From positions 48,422,001-48,486,000 of the forward strand of contig CM126220.1 in NCBI GenBank assembly GCA_052327205.1: 64,000 nt of DNA. The letters run 5' to 3'. The notes under the pieces are model-generated. The model was not told where the DNA came from and made no database searches. It saw nothing but the letters and a program-made list of their open reading frames with translations. Position numbers and translations under genes: made by a program. Positions 32,979 through 46,520 of this stretch are shown one piece after another. Position 1 is the stretch's first letter, and every line of letters starts with the position of its first letter. The DNA comes from Somniosus microcephalus (Eukaryota).

Positions 32979-35900
32979 CCTTCCTAAACCTCTGCCTCTC
33001 CACTTCTCTCTCTTCCTTTAAGACGCTCCTTAAAACCTACCTCTTTGACCAAGCTTTTGGTCATCTGTCCTAATATCTCCTTATATGGCACAATGTCAAA
33101 TTTTGTTAGATAACGCTCCTGTGAAGCGCTATATAAATGCAAGCTGTAGTTGTTGTTGTTGTGTATGTATGTATTAATATATAAGTAATACGCCTTTCCT
33201 AACTTGGCTTGCTAAATCTTGATACAAATTTTAGAATTGTCTTGGATTGTAGTATTATTAGATTTAAACTCAAGCCCAGATAAAGGTTTTCTATCCCTCC
33301 GGGCATTTTATATATCTGGCAATAATGGGCCAAGTGATGAGATTTAATAAAGCAACAATTTTGCCAAACGTTTGCATGCTCGAGAGTGATGAATGATATT
33401 CCACTTTGGAAGCAAGTTCCTTTGTTAAAATGACAGCAATGTTGGATTAATTGCATCATGTGCTCTCCAAGAACTGTAATTCTGTATTTAGGGGCCAATG
33501 GGATTTAATGGCTACACTGTGTAACACTAACAGGAATTGCTTCATAATTCAGAGACTTTAGGTTTATATGTTGCTAATGTCTGACATGTGAACCTGCCTT
33601 TGTTATGAATGTTGTCCGTTCTCAGCCAGGATATTTGGTGGAGTGTTTCATGACTATGGAGAATCTTGCTGCATGGGGAAAAACTAAAGGTAAGTCCATT
33701 TACTCATTTCACTTTCCATTTCTGGCATTTGTGCAGAGGTCCAGGGTTTGGAGCTCAACTATTGCCCACGCTGCTCAAAGAAGCTGTGTGAGATAAGCAG
33801 TTTCATGTGTTGTGCTGTGTTGTGTGGTTAGGGGAGAGAAGACACAGAAATTTTAAAAAACCACATAAATCAAATGATGTTATCAGGGATCGATGTACAT
33901 ATTTAACGAAGGACCCCACTGATTTTCAGCAGGTATCCCTCTCACCTGCTCAGAAGAGCAAATTAAAACCGAAGACTGGTGAAATGAGAGGGTCGTCAGC
34001 GGGTAAGTCCCCTGGGTCTTTATAACTGCCTGCCCACCTGGTTTCCGTAAAGAAGATGGTGGTGGTTATTCTGTCAATCACTTCATTTTTCTTGTTAAGT
34101 CTTCACCGATAGAGGATCCCAATCAGTTTTTATAAAGAGGAAGTAGCAGTTTTATACTAGATCATCATAAGGCAGTCCTAATGGGGAACGATAACTTATG
34201 TCTTAACCCCTTTTACATGCAGGAACAAAACCACTAACCTCTTGACTTTAAGCAACTAAGGGATTTGACGTCTACAGCATTTATTTGAAAATGGTAAATT
34301 CAGAAGCTTTATCAGAATCTTTTAGAATCAAGACCAAGTCATTTTACCAACTTAACAAACAAAAGGAGGTGGAGGAGGATGGGTGGGGAGACCACAATAA
34401 ACTGACAACACAAACTCTATTATGAAATTATTAACTAAATATGGACCAAACATCTTCTTCAGATTAAATGGATTTATTCTAATGAGTCCAAGAAATAAAT
34501 AACATCTGTTCTTTCAATGACAAATTCTAGTAAAATTAATTCCTTATAATAATATAAAATTAATAACATATAAAGCAGAAAAATAGTACAGAAAGTATTT
34601 TATAATGCTTTTTATGTTCTTTAACTGCAGATCCAACTTCGGATTCAGCACAAATTCTCATTGGCCTGTGTCACACCATCGTAATTCTCATCTTGATGAA
34701 CCTGGATGAACAGCAAGGGCCCATAGTGCAGAACACCACCAGGGCACTGTATCTTGGATTCAACAAAATGAGGATGCAAAGCAAGAAAGATCAATTCCAT
34801 TCAGTGCCGCTGCCATGCCAATGTTAACACTCCTGCTTAGTCACTCACCGATTTGAAATACAGATGCTCTGGATAAATTGTGCAGCATGTTTCTCGAACG
34901 ATGGATGTTCTCAAATGATTAAATATAAGATCACAAGGATTTTATGACTTCCACAGTATGGGAAAGGAGAAACAGGATAGGGGGAGAGAAAAAGAGGAGA
35001 TTCGAACTACCCCACCCCCATCCAGTATTGTTACACCCATGACAGACTTGGGGTCAATGTGCGATTGTGGATGCTACTCGCATATTGTTGGTCTGTAACA
35101 ATTTGCAGTGGGGTCTTTTACACACAATTTGTGTTGTGAAGAATGTTCCTTTGCAACCTTTGTTTCCAATGTTGGCTGCTGGCTAAGGAGCCCAAGGACC
35201 AAGATCTCAGGAGCCCAGCCTTTAAAAGAACCTATGATTCAGGAACATAGATCCCATGTGCAATCAGTGGAGACAGTCTCCTCTCATATGGTGCGGGTGA
35301 TGGGAAAGTTGGAGAAATCTACAACTTGTATTTGCAATACAATGCAGGAGGGATGGCATAATAGCTAATGGCATAGTTAGCTGCAACTTCTGATGAAGTA
35401 TTTGCATAATATTTTTGATAATACAGAAAGACAGAGATAATCCCATCTTTAATATACAATCAGCATATTAAGTTGGCATAGACATCAGCGCAGTTACTTA
35501 AAAACTGCAGACTTGGGATGGGGTTGATTGGTGCATTGAGTCAGCACACTTATTTTTTTGCTTCAGGTAGTTGGATTAGAATCAAACCCAGACTGGTGGG
35601 CTGAAAGTCTGCTCTCTCTATCCTGGCTGTAGGAGGCGATAGGTTTGCAAAGTCTCAAACCAGTTCCTAGTGCGTATGCATCCACCGCATAAAATTACCC
35701 ATATTTCAGCATAAATTGGCACCAAAATGGCAATTTAACCCCGTTCACAAGAATGTTGATGCAGTACAGGGCACCGTAATAGATTAAACAACAGTGAGCG
35801 GAGTAAAGGGAGCATTAGTCTGAACTGGGTCATGCTGTACCTGATTTGAGAATGCTCCATGTTGATACTGGATACCAAAAGAAGTGGTTAATTCCCGAGC

Positions 35901-36979
35901 ACTGCCATCCTCCACCTGGAGTGAGTACAAAAAGTCACCAAATAATCTAACGTTTTATAAAGTCAAGCTTTCAGAATTGTGTAACTGTTTCTCACTGATG
36001 ATAACTTCCTCCTGAGTGACTTATTCTGTATGAGAATGTTGCCGGTACGCATTCTATATGGGAAAAGGTATCACTTGAGAAAAGTACGTTAGGACTAAAC
36101 AGCTTACAATTGTGTCACTGATCTCCAAGAACTTTGGGTCAAATTTATTCAAATGGTTAACGCATACGGGGAAAAAAAACAAAGGTTTTATGAAGTAAAT
36201 AAAAGTAAAAACCAGCCAAGGACCTGGTAAATGTCTGACCGAATGCCTCAGGCCAAACTCTGTCAGTAGTTTGTAAAGATTAGTTTAAGCTGTTTGTATA
36301 AAATACAAAGGAGACCACTTCAGACTTTACTGTATGTCTGCATACAACTACTGCATAGAAATGTTTATTTTAACTCAGGGACATTAATTAACATTTTGTC
36401 TTACTTCCATTCTACAAGGAATAATAAAATTTGTGCTGGAACCCATTTAAATAAAATGGCAGGCCCATGCCCTTGTCGAGCTGAAAGAGACTGTCTAATG
36501 TATCCACGTTGCATAGCACTAATTACCTTCACCTGACATCTCACTTCACAGCAGCACGTCTTCCCTGCAGCAATCTAATTGGCCATTATTATACACAAAG
36601 GGACTTGCTACACCAACTTAACTTGTCACAATATATTTCCTGTGTTGCTAGTAATAGATGTTTTGATTGAATTTGAAGATTGTAAGCTGTTGTAATCACG
36701 TTACTGAATTTACTTAAGAATATTGGATCAGTAATTGTGTATTCTTTGATTATACTGGAGACTGTGAATCATCTTTTCTTTAAATTGAGAAGCGTACCTG
36801 AAAGGTCAAAGCCCATAGTGCAGGTTGCCAGCAAGGTTGAAAAGAGTAATAAGAAAAGGTAGTGGTTAGATAATGGCCAGTTTAAGAACTTGTAGCTTGG
36901 AAGACAAGTGATGTCTAAAAGTGGTAAGAAATGTCATACTCTGGAAAATGAGAGCGGACATTGTAGTCCTTAAAATCCA

Positions 36980-37105
36980 CAGGGGTTCTCCGATCTCCAG
37001 CCATAACTTCGGCAGGAGACTGGCGGAACCTCCAGAGAAACTCCATAGATCCGGTGGTTCCACCGATCTCCTGCCAAAGTTACAGCAGGAAACCGAGAAC
37101 CTCGA
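36980..37105. mobile_element. Short palindromic MITE
   Basis: ggttctc...taacttcggcaggaga versus tctcctgccaaagtta...gagaacc, imperfect inverted repeat. Confidence 0.65.
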
Positions 37106-37117
37106 CAGAATATCCGG

Positions 37118-37500
37118 TAAAATTCTTACAGGGCTTGACAGGGTAGATGCTGGGAGGATGTTTCCCCTGGCTGGGGAGTCTAGAACCAGGGGTCACAGTC
37201 TCAGAATAAGGGGTCGGCCATTTAGGACTGAGATGGGGAGTAATTTCTTCACTCAGAGGGTGGTGAATCTTTAGAATTCTCTACCCCAGAGAGCTGTGGT
37301 TGCTCAGTCGTTGTGTATATTCAAGACAGAGATCAATAGATTTTTTGGATAGAATGGGAATCAAGGGATATGGGGATAGTGCGGGAAGGTGGAGTTGAGG
37401 TTGAAGATCAGCCATGATCTTATTGAATGGTGGAGCAGGCTCAAAGGGCCAAATGGCCTACTCCTGCTCCTATTTCTTATGTTTCTGTTCTTATGTTTCT
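37118..37500 (+). mobile_element. CR1 3' fragment (same family as 3146-3625)
   Basis: KILTGLDRVDAGRMFPLAGESRTRGHSL...FFTQRVVNL; tail ctcctgctcctatttcttatgtt. Confidence 0.9.
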
Positions 37501-37677
37501 AAGCTCAGACCAGAGCTCTCCCTGTGCCAGCTTTGAATGTGGCTAAATTGATGCAGGCACATTTTTACTGCCACGAGAAAGAGCAGCATTTCTACCCACT
37601 TCTAACAGCCCACATGAGCTGGGCACGGGGTCAGTTGGGCTAACTGTTTGGGTGAGAGCAGGACAAATAGTCTCATT

Positions 37678-38370
37678 GGGGGAAAAATTGTGTCGCGCCC
37701 CCTTTGGGGCGCTAACTTAGCTGGGGCGCTACTATTAGCGTCCCAAATAAGTTAGTGTCCCGTGCCCAAAATTGAATGGTAGCGCCCCAAGCAGGAGGCA
37801 GGCGCACTGCTGGAAGTGCTCCCCCTCCCTTTTGGGGTGCTCCCATTGAATATCATAGCGTGGTTTGCAACAGCACCACGCGCATTGGCACGTAGCGCCT
37901 GTGTACTGCAGGCCTCCCTCCCCTGATTAAAGGGGAGGAGCCTAGTGCTGCACACACCGGAGCCCTGCTGGACCACCAGGGAGCAGGGTGCCGGCAAAAG
38001 AGCCCGGCACTCAAGAGGAGTACCGGGATGAGCGATCACAGCCGGCACCCTGCAGGGGGAGGCGAGAGAGGGTATGTGCTGTCAGGCAGCCCAAAAAAAA
38101 TGGCCGCCCAGCACCTGCCCTTTCATTTGTGTCACCCCGGCTGCAAAAACGCCACCTGACCCTGTCAGACACAGCGTCCGGTGGTAGGTCAAAGGGGCAC
38201 AAGCCAGGTTTGCGGTTGGGGTGCGAGCGGGGCACTGCACACGGCAATGATGCCATCGCCGGAGGCACAGCACCGCGGGGTGCTATCGGCTACTGTTGCC
38301 GCTAACCTCCTGCTGATTTTCGCAGGAGGCGTTAGCGGCGCCGCACCTTGGCGCGAGGTGCTTTGCCTCC
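37678..38370. mobile_element. GC-rich non-autonomous DNA transposon (Harbinger-like)
   Basis: Starts ggggaaaaattg; repeated gcgct/agcgc motifs similar to 45530-46520; no coding signature. Confidence 0.45.
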
Positions 38371-38384
38371 AGAAGGACCCTTTC

Positions 38385-41171
38385 TCCATTTGATTCAGCC
38401 ACTCAGACATTGGCACCATACTTACAGCCTTGGTCCAAACATAGACAAAAGAATTGAATTCCAGAGGTGAGGTGAGTGTGACTGCCCTTGACATCAAGGC
38501 AGCATTTGATCGAGTATGGCATCAAGGAGCCTGTAAGATTCGCAATTTTCAGCAAAAATCACGCAAGAAAACTGGATAAAATTAAGACTGTTTATTGACC
38601 AAAGTAAGCTTGCACAGAAAAACCTTTGATAAAAGGGCATACAAAATGGCCGCCAGGCCCCGTGATCAGTTTATGAACCATTTTATTTCTGTTACTGCAA
38701 GCCAGACAGGCTTGTGGATTGAAGACAGTGAGCCCACGAAAGCCAGTCTCTGGGAACCAAAACTCAGAGCAACAGCATACATATTCAATGGATTATAAGT
38801 ACAGGATGGGGCCCATCAAGATATGGGCGGACAATGTAAAAACACTTATACCCATTTATCGTACAAAGGAAAAACCGTTTAGCAGCCATCAAGGAAAATG
38901 TCCGGACCGATCAATATGCGAACCGAGCCACGGTGACAATGCAAAAGACATTGAAAGACATTATCAGCCAGGAAGGCCAGTTTAAGTTATCACCGGCTCC
39001 GTTACAAGACAAAGCGCCCCTGCAGAGATTTCTGCCCGCCAAAATTAATACAAAGACAGGACTATGATTTGGCGGGAGATAAGACTGTCCCAAAAGAGTA
39101 TAACTATGGATTGAAAGTCCATCTAAGTTACTTCGGACTCCGGGTTACTTGAACAACTTCTTCTTCACTGCCACGGCTTTTTGTTGGGCGACTTCAGGCT
39201 TCCATTTCTTCAAGAACTTTCTTCTACGAGGAATGAACGAAGGGCGGACGGTGCCCGGATCGGTGCCTCTTCCACTTCGGCAGATCGATGAAAACGTTTT
39301 CGTTTTTTTTTTAAAGACGGACGGTTTCGGTAAAAGGACAACGTGGTCGGTGTTCAGCCAAAACAAGGCTCGGCCACGACGAGAAGACGACGAGGGTGGC
39401 CCGGGTACTGGGGTCGGGAGATCATCGACGACCCAGGCCGACGGAGAAGAAACCCTCTGGAGAACCGGCGATCGATGCCACAAGATTCTCCCAAGTGCAT
39501 AGCCTGCATCTGGGTCTGCTTCATGAACCCAAATTGACTTGGTGGATCTCAACCTTAACGAGCGCTCATCGAGGCTGGGTCTACCCCACCGCCTCGAGGG
39601 AGGAGAGAATATCGACTGCGCCAGAAGTTTCCAAATCCACGTGACGACGGAAAGCGGTGCCAAAAAGGCTGCGAACCCCCTTTCTCGCGATTTCGAGAGT
39701 GGTGAGCATGATCCCAAGTTCCCCAGGTCGAAACTTAGTTTAGGTATAGGGGAGGGAGTTAAGGGAAATCGTAATGTGTTTCCCCTTTTTCGATGTGCCG
39801 TGTGTTCCCCATTTCCATAGAGTCAAGTTCATAAATTTGTGCATGATTGTAGTAACTTTAATCTGTGCCTATGACATGTATTTTGTAATGCTTCAAACTG
39901 TTTAAAAATAAAAGCATCCATTTCGTGCTATTCAACCTGGTCTATTGAGTTCTTTCTCTGCACTACTGTTCTCTGCACCTAAGTCCAAGGTCTAGAACCG
40001 TAGGGGGGAGTGGGTCGAACCACTCCAGGGTAATTATTGCACGAAGCCTGGCAGGAGACCAGAAAGAGCAAGAGAAACCCCCTACAAGCCCTAGTAAAAC
40101 TGATGTCAATGGGAATCGGGGGAAAACTCTCCACTGGCTGGAGTCATACCTAGCACAAAGGAAGATGGTTGTGGTTGTTGGAGGTCAATCATCACAGCCC
40201 CAGGACATCGCTGCAGGAGTTCCTCAGAGCAGTGTCCTAGGCCCAATCATCTTCAACTGCTTCATCAATGACCTTCCCTCCATCATAAGGTCAGAAGTGG
40301 GGATGTTCACTGATGACTGCACCGTGTTCAGTGCCATTTGCAACTCCTCAGACGCATGCAGCAAGACCTGGACGACATTCAGGCTTGGGCTGATAAGTGG
40401 CAGATAACATTCACGCCACAGAAGTGCCAGGCAATGACTATCTCCAACAAGCGAGAGTCTAACCACCTCCCCTTGACATTCAATGGCATTACGATCGCCA
40501 AATCCCCCACCATCAACATCCTGGGGGTCACCATTGATCAGAAACTTAACTGAACCAGCCACATAAATACAGTGGCAACAAGAGCAGGTCAGAGGCTAGG
40601 TATTATGTGGCGAGTGTCTCACCTCCTGACTCCCCAAAGCCTTTCCACCATTTACAAGGCACAAGTAAGGAGTGTGATGGAATACTCTCCACTTGCCTGG
40701 ACGAGTGCAGCCCCAACAACACTCAAGAAGCTCGACACCATCCAGGACAAAGCAGCCCGCTTGATTGGCACCCATCCACCACTGGCGTACCGTGGCTGCA
40801 GTGTGTACCATCTACAAGATGCACTGCACTGCAGCAATTCGCCAAGGCTTCTTCGGCAGCACTTCCCAAACACGCAACCTCTTCCACCTAGAAGGACAAG
40901 GGCAGCAGGCACATGGGAACACCACCATCTCCAAGTTCCCCTCCAAGTCACACACCATCCTGACTTAGAAGTATATCACCGATCCTTAATCGTCGCTGGG
41001 TCAAAATCCTGGAGCTCCCTCCCTAACAGCACTGTGGGGGTACCTTCACCACACGGACTGCAGCGGTTCAAGAAGGCAGCTTACCACCACCTTCTCAAGG
41101 GCAACTAGAGATGGGCAATAAATGCTGGCCTTGCCAGTGATGCCCACATCCCATAAACAAATTAAAAAAAA
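38385..41171 (+). mobile_element. CR1-group LINE family 2 (RT and 3' end), interrupted by a solo LTR
   Basis: DIKAAFDRVWHQGA|LVKL, GVPQSSVLGP, MEYSPLAW...LDTIQDKAARLI; 3' end gggcaataaatgctggccttgccag...poly(A). Confidence 0.88.
38532..40086 (+). mobile_element. 1555-bp solo LTR-like insertion with 4-bp TSD AGCC (retroviral or Gmr1-like origin unresolved)
   Basis: TGTAAG...CCTACA termini; AGCC at 38528-38531 and 40087-40090; removal restores caaggagccctagtaaaac of the LINE; AATAAA at ~39907. Confidence 0.85.
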
Positions 41172-43077
41172 GACAAGTTCAGCTTGTTACTTCATCATGC
41201 TTAATTTCTATTCAATAAGGGATTTGAAAGAAGACTCTTATTTTGCTTATTAATGAATGGAATTTAGTTCCATTCCACATGCAGTAACTTTGATTAAACT
41301 TTGAGGAATTGCTATTCTATCTGGAATACATAGAAATTTATTCTGCAGGTTAAGTGAGATGAAGAATTCCTTACATATATGCTTTCTATGGCTGTGGAGC
41401 TCATCAGTTAAATGGTTCTTGTTCATTTTGAAAAAGGGGGAATGCTCATTTTTCACAAGCCCAATTATTTAGGGCTGACACTAAAACTATTATAAAACAG
41501 TTAAGAGGTGAAGAATATTCTTGATCACACATTAGAAAACGACTTTAGAATAAGCATTTGTTAATCCAATGGATTCTTTGCAAAGTGGGCTGCTGAAGGA
41601 TGAGAGGAGGCAGTGGAGACACTGACCTCTGTAAAAGATTTAAGTACAAATTGCCCATTTCTAGCTATTTAGTGACGACAAATCACATCAGCTTTTGAAA
41701 GTAACCGGGCAGAAATGCTTGTGGTTATGAAGTGCATGTCAGTGATGCAAACTTATGAAGATGAAGCTTTCAGAACTGATTCCTGCCACTGCATTGACTG
41801 TCTTTTAGCTCATGTTGAAATCAGACCTCGCTTGGCCCCTTGCCTGTGCATTAGAAAAGTCAAGTGTGCTTCTTCTTAAAGTTGATGATTTCCAGTCAAA
41901 AGTTCTGTTTCACATTCAAAACCGCACTTCAAAACGATGTGGCATTTGTATATGTAATCTTTACTTACTGTCAAACGACAATATTTATTGATTGGAATCT
42001 GTCAGCAATAATGCACTTGCAGGTTGACCGCCAATTACAAATCATCTATATATGTTCTCAACATCATTATTTGCCTACTTTGGTGAATATTTAACTTTAA
42101 GGAGGATTGGCAGTGTGGTGACCAAAAGATCAGCAAAAGTGGAGAACACAGAAAATTCCAGCACTATTAATACTCATTTTTTTTTCATGCTATGGTGGCA
42201 ATTTCTTTATTATTTTCATCTGATATTGTTGGCTTGATTTTCGTATTCTCTCTTCGTACTACTGCTCATTTGCGTATGCATTCGGGCACAATGATTGAAT
42301 TTTATATCGCCTAGCACTGTATCCTTCATCCCTGTGGTTTCCATCTTCAGAAATACAGTTATATACAATTACAATACATGGCTGGATCACTGTGACCCGT
42401 TTTAAAATGCAGTCCCAGGGAGGAATGGCTAGCCAAGGTGTATGGAGTTTCAGGGCATTCTCTGTGGTATTTTATATGTTCCTGGATCATATTTGACATT
42501 ACAGAGAAACCATAACTATTTAGAAGGACTTGAACCTTCTAGGACAAGAGTTCTTCACCAACTCTGTTATATCTGTTTTTAATAAAAACGTGTTCACCAG
42601 CTCACTGCCTCGTCTATGCTATCAGACTGTATGTCACTGGTCCAAAGCATTTCCAAGACTCTTTTTTTCCAAATAAAATTGTTATGGTGGCACTTGTCAA
42701 GGCACAATATAAGTAACTTGGATTCCTTTCCTCCTGAATATCTGCAAGGTAAAATTATAGCATGACAATATTAAAGTAGCTATGTCATTGTTCTCAGTAC
42801 GGACAAATTTGAGCTCCATGTTTCAATGGCTTCAGTTTTGAGTCCCATCTAATCTTATGATCAGTGTTTCCTATAAGCTACTCGCATGCACGGCCATGCA
42901 GTATCCTGCAAGATCCCGTGCAGGCCGCTCACAAGCTTTTATTTTGGAAATACCGAACATGCACAGAAATTTAAAGGGACCGCACATTTAAAGGGACAGA
43001 CTGCGCCGAACAAAGTGCAGCTTACAGGGAACATTGCTTATGATGATTTCAAAACATTATTTTTTATATCATAAATT

Positions 43078-43300
43078 GTGACAGATAAACAGCTTAAGGA
43101 GTTAAGGATAGTATTAGATTAAAAGAAAAGGCTTACAAAGTTGCCAAAAAGAGTAGTAAGTCTGAGAATTGGGAGGGTTTTAAAAATCAGCAAAGGATGA
43201 CCAAGAAATTGATAAAGAGGGTGAAAATTGAATATGAGAATAAACTAGCAGGAAATATAAACACAGATTGTAAGAGCTTTTACAAGTGTGTAAAAAGGAA
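43078..43300 (+). mobile_element. CR1 ORF2 internal fragment
   Basis: Encodes KDSIRLKEKAYKVAKKSSKSENWE...EYENKLAGNINTDCKSFYK, the region upstream of the CR1 RT domain. Confidence 0.7.
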
Positions 43301-43301
43301 G

Positions 43302-43397
43302 ACAAAAAATGCTGGAAATATTCAGCGGGTCAGGCAGCATCTGTGGAGAGAGAAGCAGAGTTAACATTTCAGGTCGATGACCTTTTGTCAGAACTGA
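43302..43397 (-). mobile_element. Penelope pLTR fragment
   Basis: Reverse complement resembles 25386-25480 (cagttctgacaaaaggtcatcgacctgaaatgttaactc...). Confidence 0.8.
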
Positions 43398-44679
43398 ACT
43401 GGAAGACACTTTAAGATTTTACCCTCTTCTCTGGCTATCTCCTAACAGACATAGACCTGGTTTTTTTCCCCTCTTTTGTTTAGCATCTGTCGCTGTGCTC
43501 ATTTCTAAATTCCTCTTTGCCCATCTAAACACCATCCTAATGTGTTTCTGGAGGCTCTTATATTCATCATAGCACTCCTCCTTAACTTTCTCCCTGAAGG
43601 ATCTTTAGATTTCTTTTTTCCTCCTTATTTCACTTCAGATTTAGGGCAGGGTTGCGCAACCTTTTGGAACCGTGGGGCTGATCTATGTGCCATGACTAGT
43701 AATTAAATGCTTGTGATCAGGCAAAATCAGGATTAAACACAATTTTCTGTTCTGGAACACAGAATTGTTACGTGAAACCATTCTTGACTCAACATTGCCA
43801 ACAATTGTGATTCAGTCCTGCAATTGTCAAGATTTTCTTTAAAGCTTACAACTCACACAAGAAATGTAAACATGTAGGAAACTGAATTAAAAATTCCCAT
43901 GTGACGCACAAGCAAGTAATTCCAAAATTCGCAGAACTCTTAAGTGTTTGCACCATCATGTGCATTGCTGAGACCAGATATAAAAATTCACTTCTACATG
44001 TAAAAATTCAAACACAAATATAAAAATTCATTGACTGCCCACTCCTCACTCACCCTTTTGCTGGCTAGTGCTCCCGACTCTCTTCCTGGTTCTCTCCATT
44101 GCCCACCACCCACTGTTTCCTCCATTTTCTCTTCAGCGTTGCCTTGCTAGAATTTTTTCTGCCATTTTCAGCTTTTTAAACTTTATCGTTGTAACATAGT
44201 GTGTCACGTCAGTGGTTATCCAGTGCTACAAATTTCTGTAGGTAACTGAGAGCTTCTTTGGCAGTAGTTGCGAACTTCATTTTATTATTTTCATGGTAAA
44301 AGTATACAAGAGTACATTTTCTGAATGTGTGCTCCCTCCAAGAGTGGATGTCAGAAAATCACTCGCACACCCCGCTAACAAAATGGTGGAGGAGGTACGT
44401 GCAAATTCCTGATATATTCTCCCGTGCCAGGAGCTCATATTAATAACATTTGCCCTACAGCACAAACTTACACATCACAACTGAATAGTAATACATTTTC
44501 AGTTCCATTAAACAGTCTGAGAGTTTGCAATATAGAGCAAAGAATCACTGCATTCAAAAAATTGTTGATAAAAATTAACTGAAAAATATGCCCCAATGCA
44601 AGGCCTCTTGGGTATAACAGACTTTTTGCACTTGCTGCTCAACCATTTTGCACAAATATTTTGCTCTCCAGACCTGTTA

Positions 44680-44765
44680 GCAAAATTAAAGCCCATGGGA
44701 TTAAAGGGACAGTGGCAGTATGGATTAAAAAAAATTGGCTAATTGACAGAAAGCAGAGAGTCAAC
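44680..44765 (+). mobile_element. CR1 RT short fragment
   Basis: KIKAHGIKGTVAVWI...WL.DRKQRV. Confidence 0.65.
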
Positions 44766-45529
44766 CTCAGCTGGATGTATTGCTGATCTCCTGGGCTGTT
44801 GCGGCAATGCTCGGGAGAGGAAGCCCCAATTCCGGCAAACTCATTCTGGGAGGGTTGGGAACCCTCGTGAAGGATACAATAATTTTCAGCCATATTAAAT
44901 TCAGTTTCAGCCTTTAATTGTTGCTTACTTTGCTTGCTTAGCTTCAATTGAATCCTTTACCTTTCTTACTTTTAGTGTGCTGTGCATTGAAAAAAAATGT
45001 AATGCAGCACTGGGGAATGGAACTGACAAAACAAGTCAACTGTAAAAGATGTCCTTTCAGCCAAAACATGTAAACTTCAAAAGCTCTTCCTCCAGCCAAA
45101 GCTCGTTTGAATTTATTGAAAAACATATACATAAGAAGTACATTTTAAGGTTGTTTTGGTTAGACATCAGCTGCGATCGATATAAAAATCAAGATGAAGT
45201 CCAATTTTTCTATCATAATGCCAAATATCTCCATTATGATAGAAAATTATGATACTTTTAAAATAATAAAAAATATTTTAATTTTTTTTTAAAGTTTGTG
45301 CATGATATTTCAGCTTCGACCTTAACCCCATGTGTATGTCCCAATCTTTATTTTGCTCTCTGTAAAAATTTTTAAAGTGAATTGAATCAGTGCTTTTTAT
45401 TTCCTGGTTTGCTGTCTGTGAGAATTATTTGACATGATTGGATGCTTGGACAGCTTGATGATGCCACTGCTGCAACACACTGAGGATACACTTTTGATAG
45501 TGCTACAATCAATTTAACGTTGAGAAACC

Positions 45530-46520
45530 TAAAGGGAGATAAATTCGGTATTGCCCTGTTTGGGGTGCAATTATCGGCCGGGTGCAAAGTTTAGCACCTG
45601 GCGCTAATTATCGACTCTGACTGCAAACTTGGCTTCTATCGCCCCTGGAGGTGATCGGAGCACTAAATCAAGTGCTACACACCTCTCTTAAGCCGCTAAC
45701 GCTGAGGAGCAAGGCGCTACCTCAGAACACTGGCGAAGCTCATGTGATGTCAGTCAACAATGGATCACAGACCTACTGGCATTGGTCAGTTCCTATAGGG
45801 GAGGGTCGATTTTTGCTCTCCATCCACACCCTGCTCATTGCAGCCTTGAATCTCGGCCTGGAGAGACCTGTACATCAAATCTGCTGGAAAGAACAATGGA
45901 GAGACCCGGGGAAAGAGCTCAGGGTGCAGCCCCCATAGTCTCTAATAAATCGATGCAAGGAAGGTCAAATCAAAATGAACCTGCAAAGTGCTGCTCAGCA
46001 CCCAAAACTCCTTGACACAGTGTTGATTCTCTCCAGAAGTCTCTCTCTCTCTCTCTCTCAGAATGTGTGGTGCAAAAATGTCGCTGACAAAAAATGGCAG
46101 GAAGCGGTCGCCTTTAAATAGCGCTCCCCCAGTCCCTTCCCGACTGCAAACCGCTCCCCTCAACCTGTCATTGCTAGCGGCAGGCGATAGGGCAGGGGGC
46201 GCCACTCAATATCCAGTCCGGGGCAGTACCGGGGCGTTGCACGCTCGACTGACGTCACGATCGGCGGACGCAGGAGATCATGGCAGTAGTGCTTAGCGCT
46301 GCCACAAAAACTCTGGTCAATTTCGCGAGCGGCACAAACTTCGCCGTGCCCGGGCGCTAGTTGCTTTGTGCCCTGTTAGCGCCCTCTTAGGGAGGCACTA
46401 ATCAACTGCATTTTTCCCCCAAAGTTTTCGCCACAGGGATCTCTAGATCTTTGTGGGCAGCTTTCTTCGTGGTGTGCAGTGATCGCCTTCGCTTCACTGC
46501 TGACGCCAAATTCTGGGCCA
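45530..46520. mobile_element. Non-autonomous DNA transposon(s), Harbinger-like
   Basis: GC-rich island with motifs resembling 37678-38370; ends aaattctgggcc, similar to the TIR at 54756-54768. Confidence 0.45.

Larger units (their letters stand above)
28345..33160 (+). mobile_element. L2 LINE 3' end, split by Gypsy element C
   Basis: 28345-28536 (ctccatggcctcgcccctccctatctc...ctctggaactcccttc) continues at 32984 (ctaaacctctg...ctatataaatgcaag). Confidence 0.88.

Noticed and set aside
34845-34915. Possible small minus-strand host exon ending in a GTGAGT donor
   Set aside because: No recognisable peptide and no partner exons; cannot be supported.
41200-45500. Short ORFs in AT-rich unique-looking DNA (also 33200-36900 and 55050-57650)
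   Set aside because: 60-100 aa ORFs without domain motifs are expected by chance; likely intronic or intergenic.
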